A DNA stretch of 55,947 bases, filler included, from Squatina squatina (lineage: Eukaryota): assembly GCA_031763465.1 (NCBI GenBank). It is 3 parts of 3 records of this genome, joined end to end, with 100 filler letters (N's around TTAATTAATTAA, not from the genome) between each part and the next. Parts side by side here need not be neighbours in the genome. Positions count along the whole stretch, not along the records: positions 1 to 15,069 come from JARFOE010000176.1; 2 more parts are not named here. One strand, 5' to 3'. Position 1 is the stretch's first letter, and the number at the start of each line of letters is the position of its first letter. This document shows positions 1-14,420 of this stretch, piece by piece. The notes beneath the pieces were generated by a model. The model ran no database searches. It saw nothing but the letters and a program-made list of their open reading frames with translations, and was not told where the DNA came from. The translations under genes were made by a program, and so were the position numbers.

Positions 1-949
1 TTGAAAATGTCAATCTTAATTTTTTTAAGCAGGCAAATTGATAAGTATACTGATTAGCATAAGACTTTAGAGAAGGCCATTTTGTATTGGATTGGGGAAA
101 CAAAGTGCCATCAGTTTTTATCAGATTTTTGAAAATATATAAATATAATTTCACGTGGCAATGGAATGTGCTGATTCTGCCTGGAGTGCACTTTTAATCC
201 AATGTCTCGGATTCTCTCAAGTGTTATGTGCAGTCAGCTTCTATTATGTACAATATGTTGGACTGGACAAGTTGGCTATAAGCAGAACTGAAATGAGAAA
301 TGATTATAAATAACTCTGAAATAATCAGGACAGGGGCAAAAAAATAAACACTTGCAAACATCGCAGGCACACGTCAGTGTAATGCCAGCTGTACTTGGTG
401 GTCTTCCAAATCAATAACACTTTACACTTACATAGCGCCTTTAACATCGGGAAATATCTCAAATCACTTCACAATGATGAGTGCTGGGTGAGGTACGGGG
501 GGGAAGGGTGACACAAGGACATGATCATAGCAATGTGCAAAATGGAGCATTTCACAAATGATAAGAAAGTAATCCCCAGCGTGTAAAGCCTGATTTGCAT
601 ACATACAGGTTTGATCCTCCCTACAACTGAAAAATTCTCAGGGGGTCAAATTGGATAACCCCCGAAAACAGGCGCCGAGATCGTGATTCACAGTTAACCC
701 ACCCCTGTTGATTGCACTGCAGGCAGGACATCAACTTCCTGCTACTTGCTCACTTCCATGATTTCTGCATGCAGCCAGCACTCCCCACGCTGTTCATTGG
801 CTGCACGCATCGGCAGGTGGCCCAATATTGTGCGTGCCCTGCATTACTTTTTTGCCTGTACCTCTTAAACAGGAGGTGCATTGTGTCTGCTGGTGGTGCT
901 GAGATCATTCTGAATGTTATATTATGGAAGATTCAAAAATGGCTGACTA

Positions 950-1180
950 TGGGAGAGAGCTAGCACCAAGATTTTTGGATGCTGCACTGGAGGTCTTGGT
1001 GGAAGAGATGGAAAGAAGAGATGTCCTGTATCATTAGGGGGTCAAAGGCCCTCCAGACACATAATCAGAAGGCAGTGGCAAGAGATAGCAGCAGAGGTCA
1101 ATGCCAGCAGTGTAGCCCCAAGGATTTGAATGCAGTGCAAGAAGAAGATTAATGATCACACAAGAGTTGTCATGGTCAGG
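950..1180 (+). mobile_element. Degenerate Myb/SANT-like DNA-binding ORF of a PIF/Harbinger transposon
   Basis: Reading across frameshifts and stops gives APRFLDAALEVLVEEMERRDVLY...IIRRQWQEIAAEVNASSVAPRI*MQCKKKINDHTRVV, which fits the Harbinger-associated Myb/SANT-like domain. The GC-rich sequence from ~640 to the gap at 1502 is probably the same element. Confidence 0.75.
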
Positions 1181-4100
1181 AGTGCATCTTCAAATGCCAT
1201 ATCCTACCAATTGTAGCATGAGCCTCATCCACTGCTCAATTCACTACACCCCCGCCACTCACTAACCAACAATTTCTATCAATTGGGACTCATAGCTAAC
1301 ATTCATATGCTTTACATCACCCTCATGCACTTAGCATTACTGCAAGCCTCGCACCCACATCTCACAGCTTGCACACACTGGCAGCTATTCAATCATGACA
1401 GCCGCATCACAAACATATTGCACAACACTCACTGACAAACATCCCTCTATCTTGCATGAGGAGGTGGAGCACAACAGGAGGCAGCAGGAATTAATGGGAG
1501 GNNNNNNNNNNNNNNNNNNNNNNNNNNNNNNNNNNNNNNNNNNNNNNNNNNNNNNNNNNNNNNNNNNNNNNNNNNNNNNNNNNNNNNNNNNNNNNNNNNN
1601 NCCACAACCTAGTCAAGCACTTTCTGTACATCCAGCAATAAGGTTAACATTGAATGAGATGCCTGGTAGGCATTGTGGAAGATGTGGGACAACTGTTTAA
1701 TATTGTCAACTCAAAATTATCATTTCAGCAATCCCACCTAGTCTACATGAGCAAAGACCCTCTGCTCAAGCTGCAACTCAAAACATGGGCTTAAAGGAGC
1801 AAATACTCCATGGGGCACATGACTGCTGTTTTGCTGATTCTGGGGGAGGGGCAGGGGGAAAGGCTTGATGTTGCCTACGGAGGACAACTGATCACGGTTG
1901 AATATTGGGAATGTGAGGATGGATATGCATTTTGGAGTTTTGTTCTATGCAGGAGCTGCAGTCCTAGAAATTCCTGTGGTAGACTCGAGGTGTGGGTGGA
2001 GTGGGTGGGGGTGGCGGCACGGGGAGAATCTGGGACACAGTGGAGCTGCCCACGCACGAATTCACTGCTAAACCCATCCCAAATTCCAACCTCAGGAGTG
2101 CTAACATACTTTGGCCAGGCACCTATGGAATTTTCAGTATTTCTGCAGTGGGCGGGGGGAACAATTTCACTGTGACACCTTGCCACAGTATAAGTATGCT
2201 GGCTGAAGAACTTTATTTTTTAATGTAAATTTGATTTTGCTACAGGTAGGGAAGTTGGCTTATGAAAGAAAAAATGTGCCACTCATCCACCAGGCATATT
2301 AGGGCCAGAGAAAGGGAGGTGAGACTGGCGGGAATTCTGGCAGATGGCATCATCCCACCAGTCTCACCTCTCTGTGATGTCTTCATGGAAGGGGGAATTT
2401 TGCAAGAGGTGCTCATCCAACCTTGGGTGGAATTTCAAAGGATCAATTAAAAGTAGACACAGACCTAACATAAATGGTCCCATCCCAAATTCCTCCCCCA
2501 CTCCCCTTACTGAGTTTGAGCCAAGGTCATGCCTCCACAATGGAGAGACTTTGGGGCTACAGTCTTAATGATAGAGGAACCTGTATATGGTCTGTGGTGG
2601 GAATGGTCTTGGGTGGGCAAAGTGGCATTTTCTCATTTCATGTTAAGCACCTTAGCAATAAATTTCCAATCCCCATTTAACAGTTAATTTTAAGGAACTC
2701 TTCTGTTCAACAAAAACTAATAATAACTTAAGGACTTCACTATTTATGGTGCTGAAAATGTACTTTATAATCCAGTGAGCCATATTTCCAGAATAGTTAA
2801 CACTCTTCTAATCAACTCTGTCTCACTCCTAGTGCAGGTCAGATATGGATATCTTTGTCACTTTAATGAATGGAATTTGTGGCCAGTGAGGAGTGAGTTT
2901 TATAACACTGTAACTCCTGAATCCAGGGTTTATATTACCCATTTCCTTTTGTAGTTTGATCCACCTTGTAATGAAGCTTTAAGTTTTTCAAGGAATGAGT
3001 GCCATCATTTCAGATATTTGCCCTTCTATTTGTGCTGAAAATCACATTCAACTTTAACAATTGTGCCAATATAAAGGCGGAGGGGGGAGGAATAAGTAAT
3101 TTACTCCATTCGTATAAAATATTTAATTCTTCACAATAAACAGGAAGCTCCACTTACCACAATGCTTTGTGTGATTGCCCTTTATTGCTGCTGAAATGGC
3201 ATAAAACTGCATTAATCACAATCCAACTCAATTTTCATGCAGCTTTACCACACTATTCACTCAGCTAATGACTGAGAGGGAACATGGATACAAGTCACCC
3301 TCGCACGTCAATTGAGAGATGACTTCAAATAAAAACACGGGCATGAATTTAACAGCACTGCACTTTCTAGGAACAGTCAAAAAATAAAATGATCACAGAT
3401 GTAGGAGCCAAACTTGTATATCAAATGTATTTTTAACTCAGTACAGGAAATCCACTATGGTGTTCAAGTTCATCTACATAACTCAAACAAACAGAAGGTC
3501 CCACTGTTATAGATGCTGTGCATCCCTTCCTGGCTTCAGTATAATCAGTGAAATGTACCTTTAGGTGGGTATACTCTCCTCCACCAGTCTGGTTCCCTGG
3601 TGCAAATTGGTGTTTGGGTGACAGTCCTGTTTTAATGATGCTTTTCTGCTGTTGACCATTTTTTCTCCTACTGGCACTCAGTAGACTAAAATATGTCACT
3701 TACTTGGGCATGGTGAGCATTTTCTTTTATATTTATACAGTTTTTCCCTGGGCTCATCATAACCTGTAACAATACTTTCAAATTAGTAGGATTACGGAAA
3801 AACAATTAGACCCTCACTATAATACATCGGAGGGACTTTGCTAAGTAGTAGTGTTGTTATCTTTATGCACCTCTTTCCAAAGTTCCCATCCTGTGATTTT
3901 GACCTAGCGACCCAATAATGCAAATCTTTAAAGCACTAGCCATGGGCTGATCAAATATTTATTCCTCCTCTCCTCTCATCATCCCTCATGACCCTGTTCT
4001 TGGGAAGTAAGTCATTCGAATTGGGCAGCCCTGGGGTATTGAGATGCTTCCACAGAGAGATGTAGAATCTCAAACAGGTGATCCAACCTCTTCTATCCAT

Positions 4101-4901
4101 AAATCTCCTCACATATAATTAAACATGGTCTGGTACAGACTTAAAAAATGGACTATTGTCATACTTCGGGATCTTTTGACCATTTGTCCAGAGAAACTAT
4201 TTTTTTAAACTATTTTGAAAGCATATTGCATTAAAAAAGGGGTCGTAGATGGAAAGTAATTAAGATGCTAATGAACTCAGTTTGATGTTGTTTCCTCATA
4301 GACTGGAAGTAATAAGCAATTTGGTGGTTTGTCCCTGTAGTTGATAAACACCTTACACTCGTTGTGCTGGAAGGGATTGTACTCTCTCTCTGACTGTGCA
4401 TAGTCAGGAAATAAAGCAGAATGTTGGTCACTAAAGAGTCAGTCTAGCTTTTGCACCAGAAATGGCAGCTTGAGGTGTGATACGCTCAAAAAAAGTCAAG
4501 ATTGCAGTGGAAGTTGTTTTCTTTAAGTAAGTTGACTCACTGAACTGGTGTGGTGTAGCACGTCAGTTATTTTTATATCATTCACAAAGCTAAGATTTTC
4601 CAATTGATCTAAGGGAATCTGATCATAACTTTGGTCTTACTGTGCACCTTACTGTGGAATAATTAACCTTAATGATTCAAACCAAGCTTCCCCTCATCCA
4701 GTGTTAACTTGGTCTGCCTTCGAAGAGATTGAAGAAATGAACATGCAAAAGACACGGATATCNNNNNNNNNNNNNNNNNNNNNNNNNNNNNNNNNNNNNN
4801 NNNNNNNNNNNNNNNNNNNNNNNNNNNNNNNNNNNNNNNNNNNNNNNNNNNNNNNNNNNNNNCCCCTTCAAACATCCGTTGGGGCTGCTGCATAGACTGG
4901 C

Positions 4902-4989
4902 AACTGTGAGTGATGTCTGACCTCACCACCCACACGATGCCTGGAGTACTAACTGTGAGTGATGTCTGACCTCACCGCCCACACGATGC
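4902..4989. repeat. Direct repeat, 39-bp unit x2, period 49
   Basis: AACTGTGAGTGATGTCTGACCTCACC(A/G)CCCACACGATGC occurs at 4902 and 4951. Confidence 0.9.
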
Positions 4990-5949
4990 GTGAGTTACTC
5001 TGTCTGATAGCTGAAGTGGCACAAGCTGGCTTATTTTCCAGTAAAGCTGTTCATCCATTTTATAATCAGGCCCAAGTCATCTTCTACGTGTTTGTTTTAA
5101 ACAGTGCTGAAGAGGAAAAAAAAGACAACTCATCTACCCTTACATGTGGTCAAAACTTTGCATAGCAGTGTCCTGACATGTTTTTCTCACAAAATCTTTT
5201 TTTTTAAATTAGAAGCCCATTAATGGCTGTGTGTGTGTTTTTTTCCCATAATTTTAAGATAAGGGCACTGAGTTTCATGAATTCAATAACGCCTGTGTGT
5301 ATTCGGTTAATAAAACATAGGAGTTGTTTAGATTTGCCTTTTGGTACGTGCTGCAATACAGCTACTAGTATTACTTGATACATAAAGCAGGTTTTTGTAC
5401 AGAGCTTGACTCAAAGTCAACATAGCAATTGGACCTTTCCCCCTAGGAAGTAATTTGAGCTCGGCTTGCCAAACCTAGTGGTGAACTTGACGGTGGTGGC
5501 TCAATGCTCTGGGGCGAAGTGATTTGTGCCTTTTAACAGAATAACGGACGAACATTCTGCAGCCAAAGGGACGGAGGCAAAAACCGAGGCTTGTTTGCAG
5601 AGAGTTGAAACCTGCCTGTTCCACGAGAATAAACATAACCCTTGTCCCTGAGAAATCTACCTCAGTTGTGTGAAGCCAAGTCCAGATTTATTATTTGTAC
5701 AGTTGTGGAAGACATTCAACAGCTGTGTTTATCTTGGCTCTGAGTTTCTGTATTAAGTGGTGGAGCTGAGAATTGTAGATGTGTAATACCGTTCGAACCT
5801 CATGCACTCCAGAGCCGGCATCGATGGGGCATTGTCATTGTACACTACACTAAAGCAAATGTGAAAACTATTGGGTTAAACAGTTCTATTTCTGACTGTT
5901 TTAAGGCTACTGTATGGTGCAGGGCATACCACTGAAATAATTAAATGGA

Positions 5950-6114
5950 TTTAGTGCAGTTGCCAAATAAGTAGCATGATCTCATTAATGGTAATGCAGC
6001 ACTACCTGAAATAGATTTTGATTATTATCCTTTTAGTGCAGTAGCCACAAAAGTAGCATGATCTCATTAATGGTAATGTAACACTGCCTGCAAATAGATT
6101 TTGATTATTATCTT
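5950..6114. repeat. Tandem duplication, ~82-bp unit x2
   Basis: TTTAGTGCAGT...AAGTAGCATGATCTCATTAATGGTAATG...AAATAGATTTTGATTATTATC occurs at 5950 and 6032 with a few substitutions. Confidence 0.9.
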
Positions 6115-7754
6115 TGAATCTTTATTAGTATTATAAATAAACTAATTTTAATTATGGCTTTCTCTTTCCACCCATTTCACACACCAAAAGAATGTTCACT
6201 GAACCAGGGCTATGATAAGGTGTATGTTTTCAATATCAGAGTAAGAATGGCAGCCTAGATTTATGCACAATTATTTCAGAGTTTGAGAGTTATGTGATAA
6301 CACTGAGAGGCATGTTGGGTATGTGGGTGCAAATGAATGAGACACACAGTTACTTCTGAAGTATTGCATTACTTGAAAGCCAGTGTGCAGAACACTGAAT
6401 TAACAGTGCACAATATGTGGCAAATACATGGGGACCNNNNNNNNNNNNNNNNNNNNNNNNNNNNNNNNNNNNNNNNNNNNNNNNNNNNNNNNNNNNNNNN
6501 NNNNNNNNNNNNNNNNNNNNNNNNNNNNNNNNNNNNGGAATAACAAAACCTTCCATCAGAATGGAAAGTGGTGGCAAAATCCACTGTAAAAAGGGCATTT
6601 CCCACAGGTGAATTTTGATAATATTGTGTGGTGGTCCTGTGACTGAGCCTTTTTCAGGCACTCTCTTTACTAAGGTGGTGGTCTAGAAAGGGAGAGAGAA
6701 AAAAAACTTAGGCAAAGATTCCGATACAGAATGATGCCTGCCAACACTTGCTGGAACTGTGCAAATATGGAGGTCAAGTTAAGCTGAGATCACATTCAGT
6801 GGTGATGGCTACCATTGTCAAAAAGCCAGCCAACCTCAGCTCAATGACTAATTGAAGAAAGGCATTTGGGCAATGTCCCCAAGGACTGCTGATGCCCGAG
6901 CAGGGCTACCACCTTTCAAAGAGGACGGGAAAAGAAAATAATGACTTACAATTTAAATAAGGAATTAAAATTGTAATAATGTGAGCTTGCCTGCTCCAGT
7001 GTCCCTATTCATTCCTCTAATTTAATAAGGCCAAAGGCAGAGGGCAGTTTGATTCTTTTCAGTATGTGGTGGGAATTCTCCGTAATCTTTCTCTCGGGTG
7101 CCTGTTTGAAAATTCCTTCAGAATGGATTCAATATTAAAGTCATTGGCTTCAAGTACTGCTTGTCTCATCAACAAACACAATCTGAATGTTTAGCTCAGT
7201 CGCTTGTTAAAGGCAGAAAAATAATATTTTTTCAAGTAAATGCAACGTAGACAAAGGGTTAAGTTTTATAAGGTAGCTTTCCTGGTGCAGAGCTTTGTTC
7301 AAAGAGAGCACATATTGGGAATTCAGGCACAGTCAGTCGATTTGTGGTCTGCACAATTCATTCATTCTAATGGATCGAAAATTAAATGGGTTCCAAATCG
7401 GGCTCATCGGCCTCCATACTCAAGTTCCCATTACGTGCTCCCATCAAGCAAATCACTGCATCGGGGGCTCTAAATTACAAAATTTACTTCATAGCTGATT
7501 AAATACTCCATGGAATAATTAGATTTCCCCTCTCCCACCAGTACCACGTGTACAAGGGTCAAAAGTTAACTTTTAAAAATACCGTAATTATTAATGCCAC
7601 AGCTACCAGGTATTTTAGGTGCATGGTGAAGGGAGGAGAGGAGATGCAGGAAAACACCTTTTACTCATATGCATTTTATCTACACATATGTATGTATCTC
7701 ATTTTGCTATGCATATATCTTTTAAATATAGGGTGCAGCATCATTAGTCACAGA

Positions 7755-8012
7755 ATTACATAGACTTTACAGCTCAGAAACAGGCCATTTGATCCGACTG
7801 GTCTGTACCGGTGTTTATGCTCCACACGAGCCTCCTCCCATCCCTCTTCATCTAACCCCATCAATTTATCCTTCTATTCCTTTCTCCCTCATGTTCTTAT
7901 CTTGCTTCCTTTTATATACATCTATGCTATTCATCTCAACTACTCCTTGTGGTAGCGAATTCCACATTCTAATCACTCTCTGGGGAAAGGACTTTCTCCT
8001 GAATTCCCTAAT
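7755..8012 (-). mobile_element. CR1-type LINE 3' end remnant
   Basis: CATAGACTTTACAGCTCAGAAACAGGCCATT...GAATTCCACATTCTAATCACTCTCTGGGGAAAG resembles the other CR1 3' ends in the window (24376, 50920, 55080). Confidence 0.7.
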
Positions 8013-8152
8013 GGAGAAGCTATACTCAAAGTGAGTTTGGAGTTAGGGCGACNNNNNNNNNNNNNNNNNNNNNNNNNNNNNNNNNNNNNNNNNNNNNNNN
8101 NNNNNNNNNNNNNNNNNNNNNNNNNNNNNNNNNNNNNNNNNNNNNNNNNNNN

Positions 8153-8720
8153 TGTTGTTGGTGCTGCTGGTGTGCCAGGTGATGTTGGTATTGGGGCTGA
8201 TCATGGTGGGATTCTGAGGACCAAGGTGACATTTTTTTTAAGGGCACCAATGCTGCTGGAATAGATGGCAGCTGAGGTTGAGATGACAGAAGTGATGTCA
8301 ATGGTGAGAGAGGTTGCTCTCACTGGATAGAGAGTTCACTCTGAACACTTCAAACCTCTGTAAAGCTGAAAAGTGTATTCCAAATTCTGAAGGCTCCAGC
8401 TTCTAAGATTGGAAATTGAACAGATAGCTTTTATACCAATTTTGAGCTGTCAACTACTCACAGCAATGTGGTCATTGAGAAACCGACACACTTACCTGGC
8501 GTGATCCGGGAACCTTGTAAGAAAACTGGAAAAATGATAAGTACCTGGTAAAATGTTTTTTAAATACCTTTAAACAAGCTGTTAATGACTTGAATTGGCT
8601 CCCCCGCCGCTTGGTGTTGGGTCTGTGAAGCGCAGGCAGATCCAGCACATTGGAAACTGACACAGAGGGAAGTTGAAAGCTGTTAATCACTGCCATTTTT
8701 CAGCTGACCCACCTCCAAAC
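8153..8720 (-). mobile_element. Harbinger-related DNA transposon remnant
   Basis: The reverse complement of 8153-8230 resembles 26790-26870 (CAACACCAACATCAC...CACCAGCAGCACCAA), which lies in the Myb-bearing element at 26210-27697. Confidence 0.5.
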
Positions 8721-10705
8721 TCGCACTTGCAGCACTGGTAAAATTTCAGCCTTCTTGTGGCAACTGCCTTCATGGACAGCCTTTTGATTTGTTCATCCTC
8801 CTCTGCCAAGCACAGTGCTAGTAGAACACTGACTGCAGTCCCCATTGTGTGCAAAAAGCCAACTATAGTATGCAGCATCTCACCTTTAACTAAAGACTCT
8901 AGGTTACCCTGTGTAACCAAGCCAATCCTCTGAGAATTAGCAAGGAAACACATTAGCATTATCGTATGCTGTGCTGCGTTGTGAGCTTAACTGACTATTA
9001 TGCAGCAAAAACAAGATTCATGATTGTAAAGCACATCTAGAGCACTGCACTATTGAGCTTCAACTTTCACTCAGCAACTATTTCAAAGCTTTTTGGGGAA
9101 ATTCCACTGAGTTAGGGCTAACCTGAATTCACATAATTACTGTGTAGCAATGTTAGAATATTACAGGTGTTATTCTTATTGCCAGCAGCAATTTTCAGGC
9201 TTGTATTTCTTTTTGAATTCATTTTATTATAAGCAATAAATCAAAATATATCTTTGTATTAGTTTTGATCCTAACAAAAGTAAATGATTCACTTTTAGGG
9301 TTAAAACATATTATGAAGATTCAGTGCATAAGGCTAATGCACGTTGCACTGAGGCGTGTTCCTGTTAATATGACATACAAAACAGGCCATGAGGGCTTTA
9401 TTTTTAAAACATTTAGAAGTTTATGTGCACAAAAGCATCAATGGGATCAGGAATTTGACAGTTATTGAACTGACTTTCACGTGAATGGCAGACGTAGGCA
9501 GAATAATGGGCCTCCATGTAATGTCATTAAGTGCTGGTCACGTAATTAACTTTTATTCAAGTTGGGATTGATACTCCAGAGAGTTCAGTTACCACAGCCT
9601 CATTTTGTTCTTACCGTAATCTCCATTAAAAAGGAAGCACTTTATTTGTGAGTTTGTGAGTGGTCGCTCCTGCTCCCTTTAACTGTGGGGTTCCAGGGTA
9701 GGATGTACTTGCTGAACGTCCATTAACATTTTAGCCGTGAGTCTTTAAATGAGTCTGATCCTCAGGTTACAATCTGCAGAAGATTTTAATTGAGATTTCA
9801 TTCACTAATACAGTATAAATGATAGTAATCAATACACTTGAATTGAACTGGAAGCTGATGGTTCCTAAAGTTGGTTAATCCATTGATTTCTTATTTCATT
9901 CCAATAGAGTGTTGCTGAGTAGTTTCATCTTACTGTGTCCCCAGAAAACTAAGAGGACCAGTTTTTCTTTTTGGTGCGTAGCCATATAGGATATAGTGAT
10001 TAAACGATCGTGGCTCCCACAACATAAATAATGAATTTTATATTAATGACTGAACTATTTTGAGTTGCATCCTGGATTCTATCAATGTGAACTAGATTAG
10101 TTCACCTGTCAAGTAAAGCAGATTTTGATAGAACAAAGACCTGTATCTTACATCATTTTCCTGGTTACATTTTGGGGCAGTTCATATATTCATTACGATG
10201 AAGGAAGAAAGTGTTGGAGAATGGACTGTTCTTCTTCAGTTTAGAATTGTCTTGAATCAGTTTCACTCCAGAGCTCCCGCTACACTTGGCCCAACATTCT
10301 GTTGACTTATTACTTTATTATACCAAAACAGTCAAGTTATTTCTGTCATATGATCATATACTATGGATGAATAATGTCTCGTTGAAAGTAATGTAAGTAG
10401 AAACTCGATATTTGGTGATGATTGCACACTGTGGAAAAGCAAACAGTTTGAAGGATGTTTCTGGTAACTTAGTAAAATGAAAGGTGAATGTCAAAGAATA
10501 TTTAGGGCGCCCAATTGGTCTTCCCCAAGTTTGTGGTGCTATGGGACCAAGGGCGGCCAATTCGTGGTCAAGCTTCTGGCGTCAAATCGGCGCGAAACTG
10601 GCGTTNNNNNNNNNNNNNNNNNNNNNNNNNNNNNNNNNNNNNNNNNNNNNNNNNNNNNNNNNNNNNNNNNNNNNNNNNNNNNNNNNNNNNNNNNNNNNNN
10701 NNNNN

Positions 10706-11610
10706 CTGGTGATCGGTTATTGGTGAGCAAGTGTCGCTTGAAAGCACTGTCCACGACACCTTCCATCACTTTGCTGACGATTGAGAATAGACTGATGGGG
10801 CGGTAATTGGCCAGATTGGATTTGTCCTGTTTTTTGTGGACAGGACGTACCTGGGCAGTTTTCCACATTGTTGGGTAGATGCCAGTGTTGTAGCTGTACT
10901 CGAACAGATTAGCAAGAGTCACAGGTAGTTCTGGAGCATAGGTTTTCAGCACAACAGCCAGGATGTTGTCGGGGCCCATAGACTTTACTGTATCCAGTGC
11001 GCTCAGCCGCTTCTTGATATGACGTGGATTGAATCAAATTGGCTGAGGGTTGGCTACTGTGCTGGTGGGGACCTCAGGAGGAGGCTGATATGGATCATCC
11101 ACTCAGCACTTTTGGCTAAAGATGGTTGCAAAATCTTCAGCCTTGTCTTTTGCACTTGCGTGCTGAGCTCTGCCATCATTGAGGATGGTGATATTCATGG
11201 AGCTTCCTCCTCCCGGTAATTGTTTAATTTTCCACCACCATTCACAACTGGATGTGGCAGGATTGATCTGATCCGTTGATAGCGGGATCGCTTCGCTCTG
11301 TTTATAGCATGCTGCATCTGCTGCTTAGCATGCATGTAGTTCTGTGTTGCAGTTTCCCCAGATTAGTACCTCATTTTCAGGTACACCTGGCATGCTCTTC
11401 AACACTCCTCATTGAACCAGAGTTGCTCCCCTGGCTTAATGGTAATGGTGGAGTGAGAGATATGCTGAGCCATGAGGTTACAGATTGTGGTGGAATACAA
11501 TCCTGTTGCTGCTGATGGCCCACAGCACCTCATGGATGCCCAGTTTTGAGCTGCTAGATTTGTTCTGAATCTATCCCACTTAGCATGGTGGTAGTGCCAC
11601 ACAACACCAA
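10706..11610 (-). mobile_element. Non-LTR retrotransposon (LINE) ORF2 fragment, region before and entering the RT domain
   Basis: ORFs give WHYHHAKWDRFRTNLAAQNW...WFNEEC and GPDNILAVVLK...WKTAQVRPVHKKQDKSNLANYRPISLFSIVSKVMEG, including the typical LINE GPD and YRPISL motifs. The frame is disrupted and I did not determine the clade. Confidence 0.9.
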
Positions 11611-13351
11611 TAATGTTGCTTATTGGAAAATGCCATGTTACATGTGGGTAGCAATTGAAGGTGCTTACCAACTAATAACTATAAAGGGCCTCAATGTCTA
11701 CCAAACGTACGTTGAAGATCAGGAAGCTTTGAGTAAGAAAGAAAGTTGGGCAATATTTTTTTCACTGCAAGTGTAATAGTGTTGGAAACATTGCCACAGA
11801 AGAACATTGAAGCAGACAGGTGAATTGAGTTCAACAGACAATTGGCTATTGTTGTTGGAGAGAGAAAAGGTTGAAGGTGTATAGATGGGGATGATCTATT
11901 TAATGGCCATTTCCTGTTCCTAAAAATTCTTGTGTTCCCATTTGTGAGATGGAAGGATATTCCTAAGTCAAAGTTCCATGCTGCCTTTCAACTGAACTGA
12001 TAACTGGAGTACCGCAACTCACAATAGACGAGATGGCAGCGAGCTTACTGCAAGCGAGAATGAAGTGGTACCATTGATCGATGCCCTTGTCCATCCTGCT
12101 TTGTTGTCCCAAGCTGGAAGCGGTGATCTATCGGCAATTGTTTTCAGAAGAAAAAGGAGAAATAATGAGGGATAAAATAAATTAATAAATCAAACCGCTG
12201 AGACTGTTCAACAGCAACTACACTGAAAGGTTCATGAATCAACACTCTAATTATAATGTAAAAGTGTATGTTTGCTTATAAATTTTCCCAAGTGGTCTTT
12301 TCCGTTGATGTTTTCTCATTTTACTGTAACTACTCTGGATGATGATTTTAAGGGGAAACCACTAAATAGAGAGACAAACATGAAAGGTCTCCATTCAGTG
12401 CTTAGCTCTTAACCTTAGCTGTCATGCACTGTGACGGGGTGAATTACAGTAAATGATGGGTTGTCCTGACTCGTAGGAGGCAAATTGATTTAACCCGAAT
12501 GCTTCTTGATGTTCTAATGGATTGTGGGCATGAAATCCCATGAGTGCAAAACATATCTGAGTGAAATTAAGGTTGGTCATTTTAATCGGTTATCTAGAGA
12601 AGCAGTTTGCTCCATAATTGGACTGTATAAATATTTTGACTCAGATAATATCCTGCTACAAATACTCTTGAGAAGAAACTAAACATAAAAACATAGCAAA
12701 AAACTATTTTAACAACAGTTTTATGTTCAAGTGAAACAAATCTTATTCTTCCTGTAAATGAATGTGCAAATTAAACAAGTGAAATTTATTATGAGAGGAA
12801 TAGCTTGTGAAAAGCGGGATCTCTTTTGAGGTGAGGCTATAAGTTTAGAAGTGAGCAATGTAAAGATAGCCCTTTGGATTGCAACTGGTTTCTTCCACAT
12901 TTGACACTTAGAACCCTTTCTGCTTTCATTATCTCCAAAATGTCAGTTCACTTTGTGAACACCATAGGGATAAACACATACACCTCATATCTGAAGAAGA
13001 ATAGATGAGTTAACCTTGGGGCACATTCTGTTGAAGAACAACATTGATGGTTCAGGCAATCAAATATACATCAATACAGGGCACACCTTTCTAACTCATA
13101 GTATGGAATCCTATTCCTAAAGGACCTTTCACCTAACTGTCTTTTCGATCTGGATTCAACAGAACATTATGGAAAGTATTACACGCCATATAGAATTCTA
13201 AACTGAGACCCTACTTTTTTTTGAATGTATAAAATCTTTGTAAAGTAATTTTGCCTTGCTATATAATTTGTGTCAATCAGAGATGTCCATTTTAGCAATA
13301 AAAACGTTAACCCTGCCGAGGTTTGTTTTAGGATGTGCTATATGTTGGGAC

Positions 13352-13396
13352 TTTGAGGAGGAAGCAGTGTTTTTGAGGAGGAAGCAGTGTTTTTGA
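13352..13396. repeat. 20-bp perfect tandem duplication
   Basis: TTTGAGGAGGAAGCAGTGTT x2.25. Confidence 0.9.
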
Positions 13397-14154
13397 TAGT
13401 ATGAAATCAAACATTTCACCGCACAGTAAAAGTGATACTTGATTGGATTCCTTACCAATTCCAACAACTTTTACCCACCGTCTCAGGCATTTATGAGCAT
13501 AAGTGTCTTCTTAACAGACCAGGGTTGATGTAATAAGAGGTTGACCTCTGTCTGAACCCTGGAGCAGGTCATGTCTATCAGCTTCTAAAATGAAGTTGGT
13601 GTCGCTTCTGAGGAATGCTGAAGGCTGTCTCATTAGTAACTGATAGCTTGTCCTGAGCAAAGTGTTCTGAGCAGTGAGCCCACCTACAATATCAAAGATT
13701 TAATGCATCTCAAGCAATTCAGTGGTTAGCAGTGGGTGCAAAGCAAATCGAGCAGAACCAAGACGATCCTGATCAAGTGACAACATTGNNNNNNNNNNNN
13801 NNNNNNNNNNNNNNNNNNNNNNNNNNNNNNNNNNNNNNNNNNNNNNNNNNNNNNNNNNNNNNNNNNNNNNNNNNNNNNNNNNNNNNNNTGGGAGGACTCT
13901 TTAGGTACAAAGTTTGGGGAATTTTGAAATGGGGCGCCAACAAGGCACCACACGCACTAATGATGTCATTAGAGGCGCCAATTCAATATCACCTGGCCGC
14001 GGAGGTGCAAAAGTTTAAAGCCTAAAGTTTTACCCTAGCGAATTTTGCGGAGGCGCAAAATGGTAATTTAATGCCTAAAGAATTTTTTACGCCCCATTAA
14101 TGCCTTAAGTAGGCGTTAACTGAATTTCGATCCATGCCAAATGTAACCCCCAAT

Positions 14155-14420
14155 ATGTTTTAATGATATTGATTGAGGGATAAATATTGGCTAGGACACC
14201 AGGGATAGCTTCACTGCTCTCCTTCGAAATAGTGCCATGGGATTTTTACATTCACCTGAGAGGGCAGATAGGGTCTCAGTTTAACGTCTCATCTGAAAGA
14301 CAACATCATGGCACTGGATTGTCAGCTTAGATTTTTGTGCTCAAGTCTCTATAATGGGCTTTAGAACCCACAACCTTCTCAGTCAGAGGTGAAAGTGCTA
14401 CCAGCTGAGCCACGACTAAC
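14155..14420 (-). mobile_element. DeuSINE (SacSINE1-like) partial copy
   Basis: GATTGAGGGATAAATATTGGCTAGGACACC...TTTAACGTCTCATCTGAAAGAC...GTGCTACCAGCTGAGCCAC matches the reverse complement of the copy at 33856. Confidence 0.85.
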
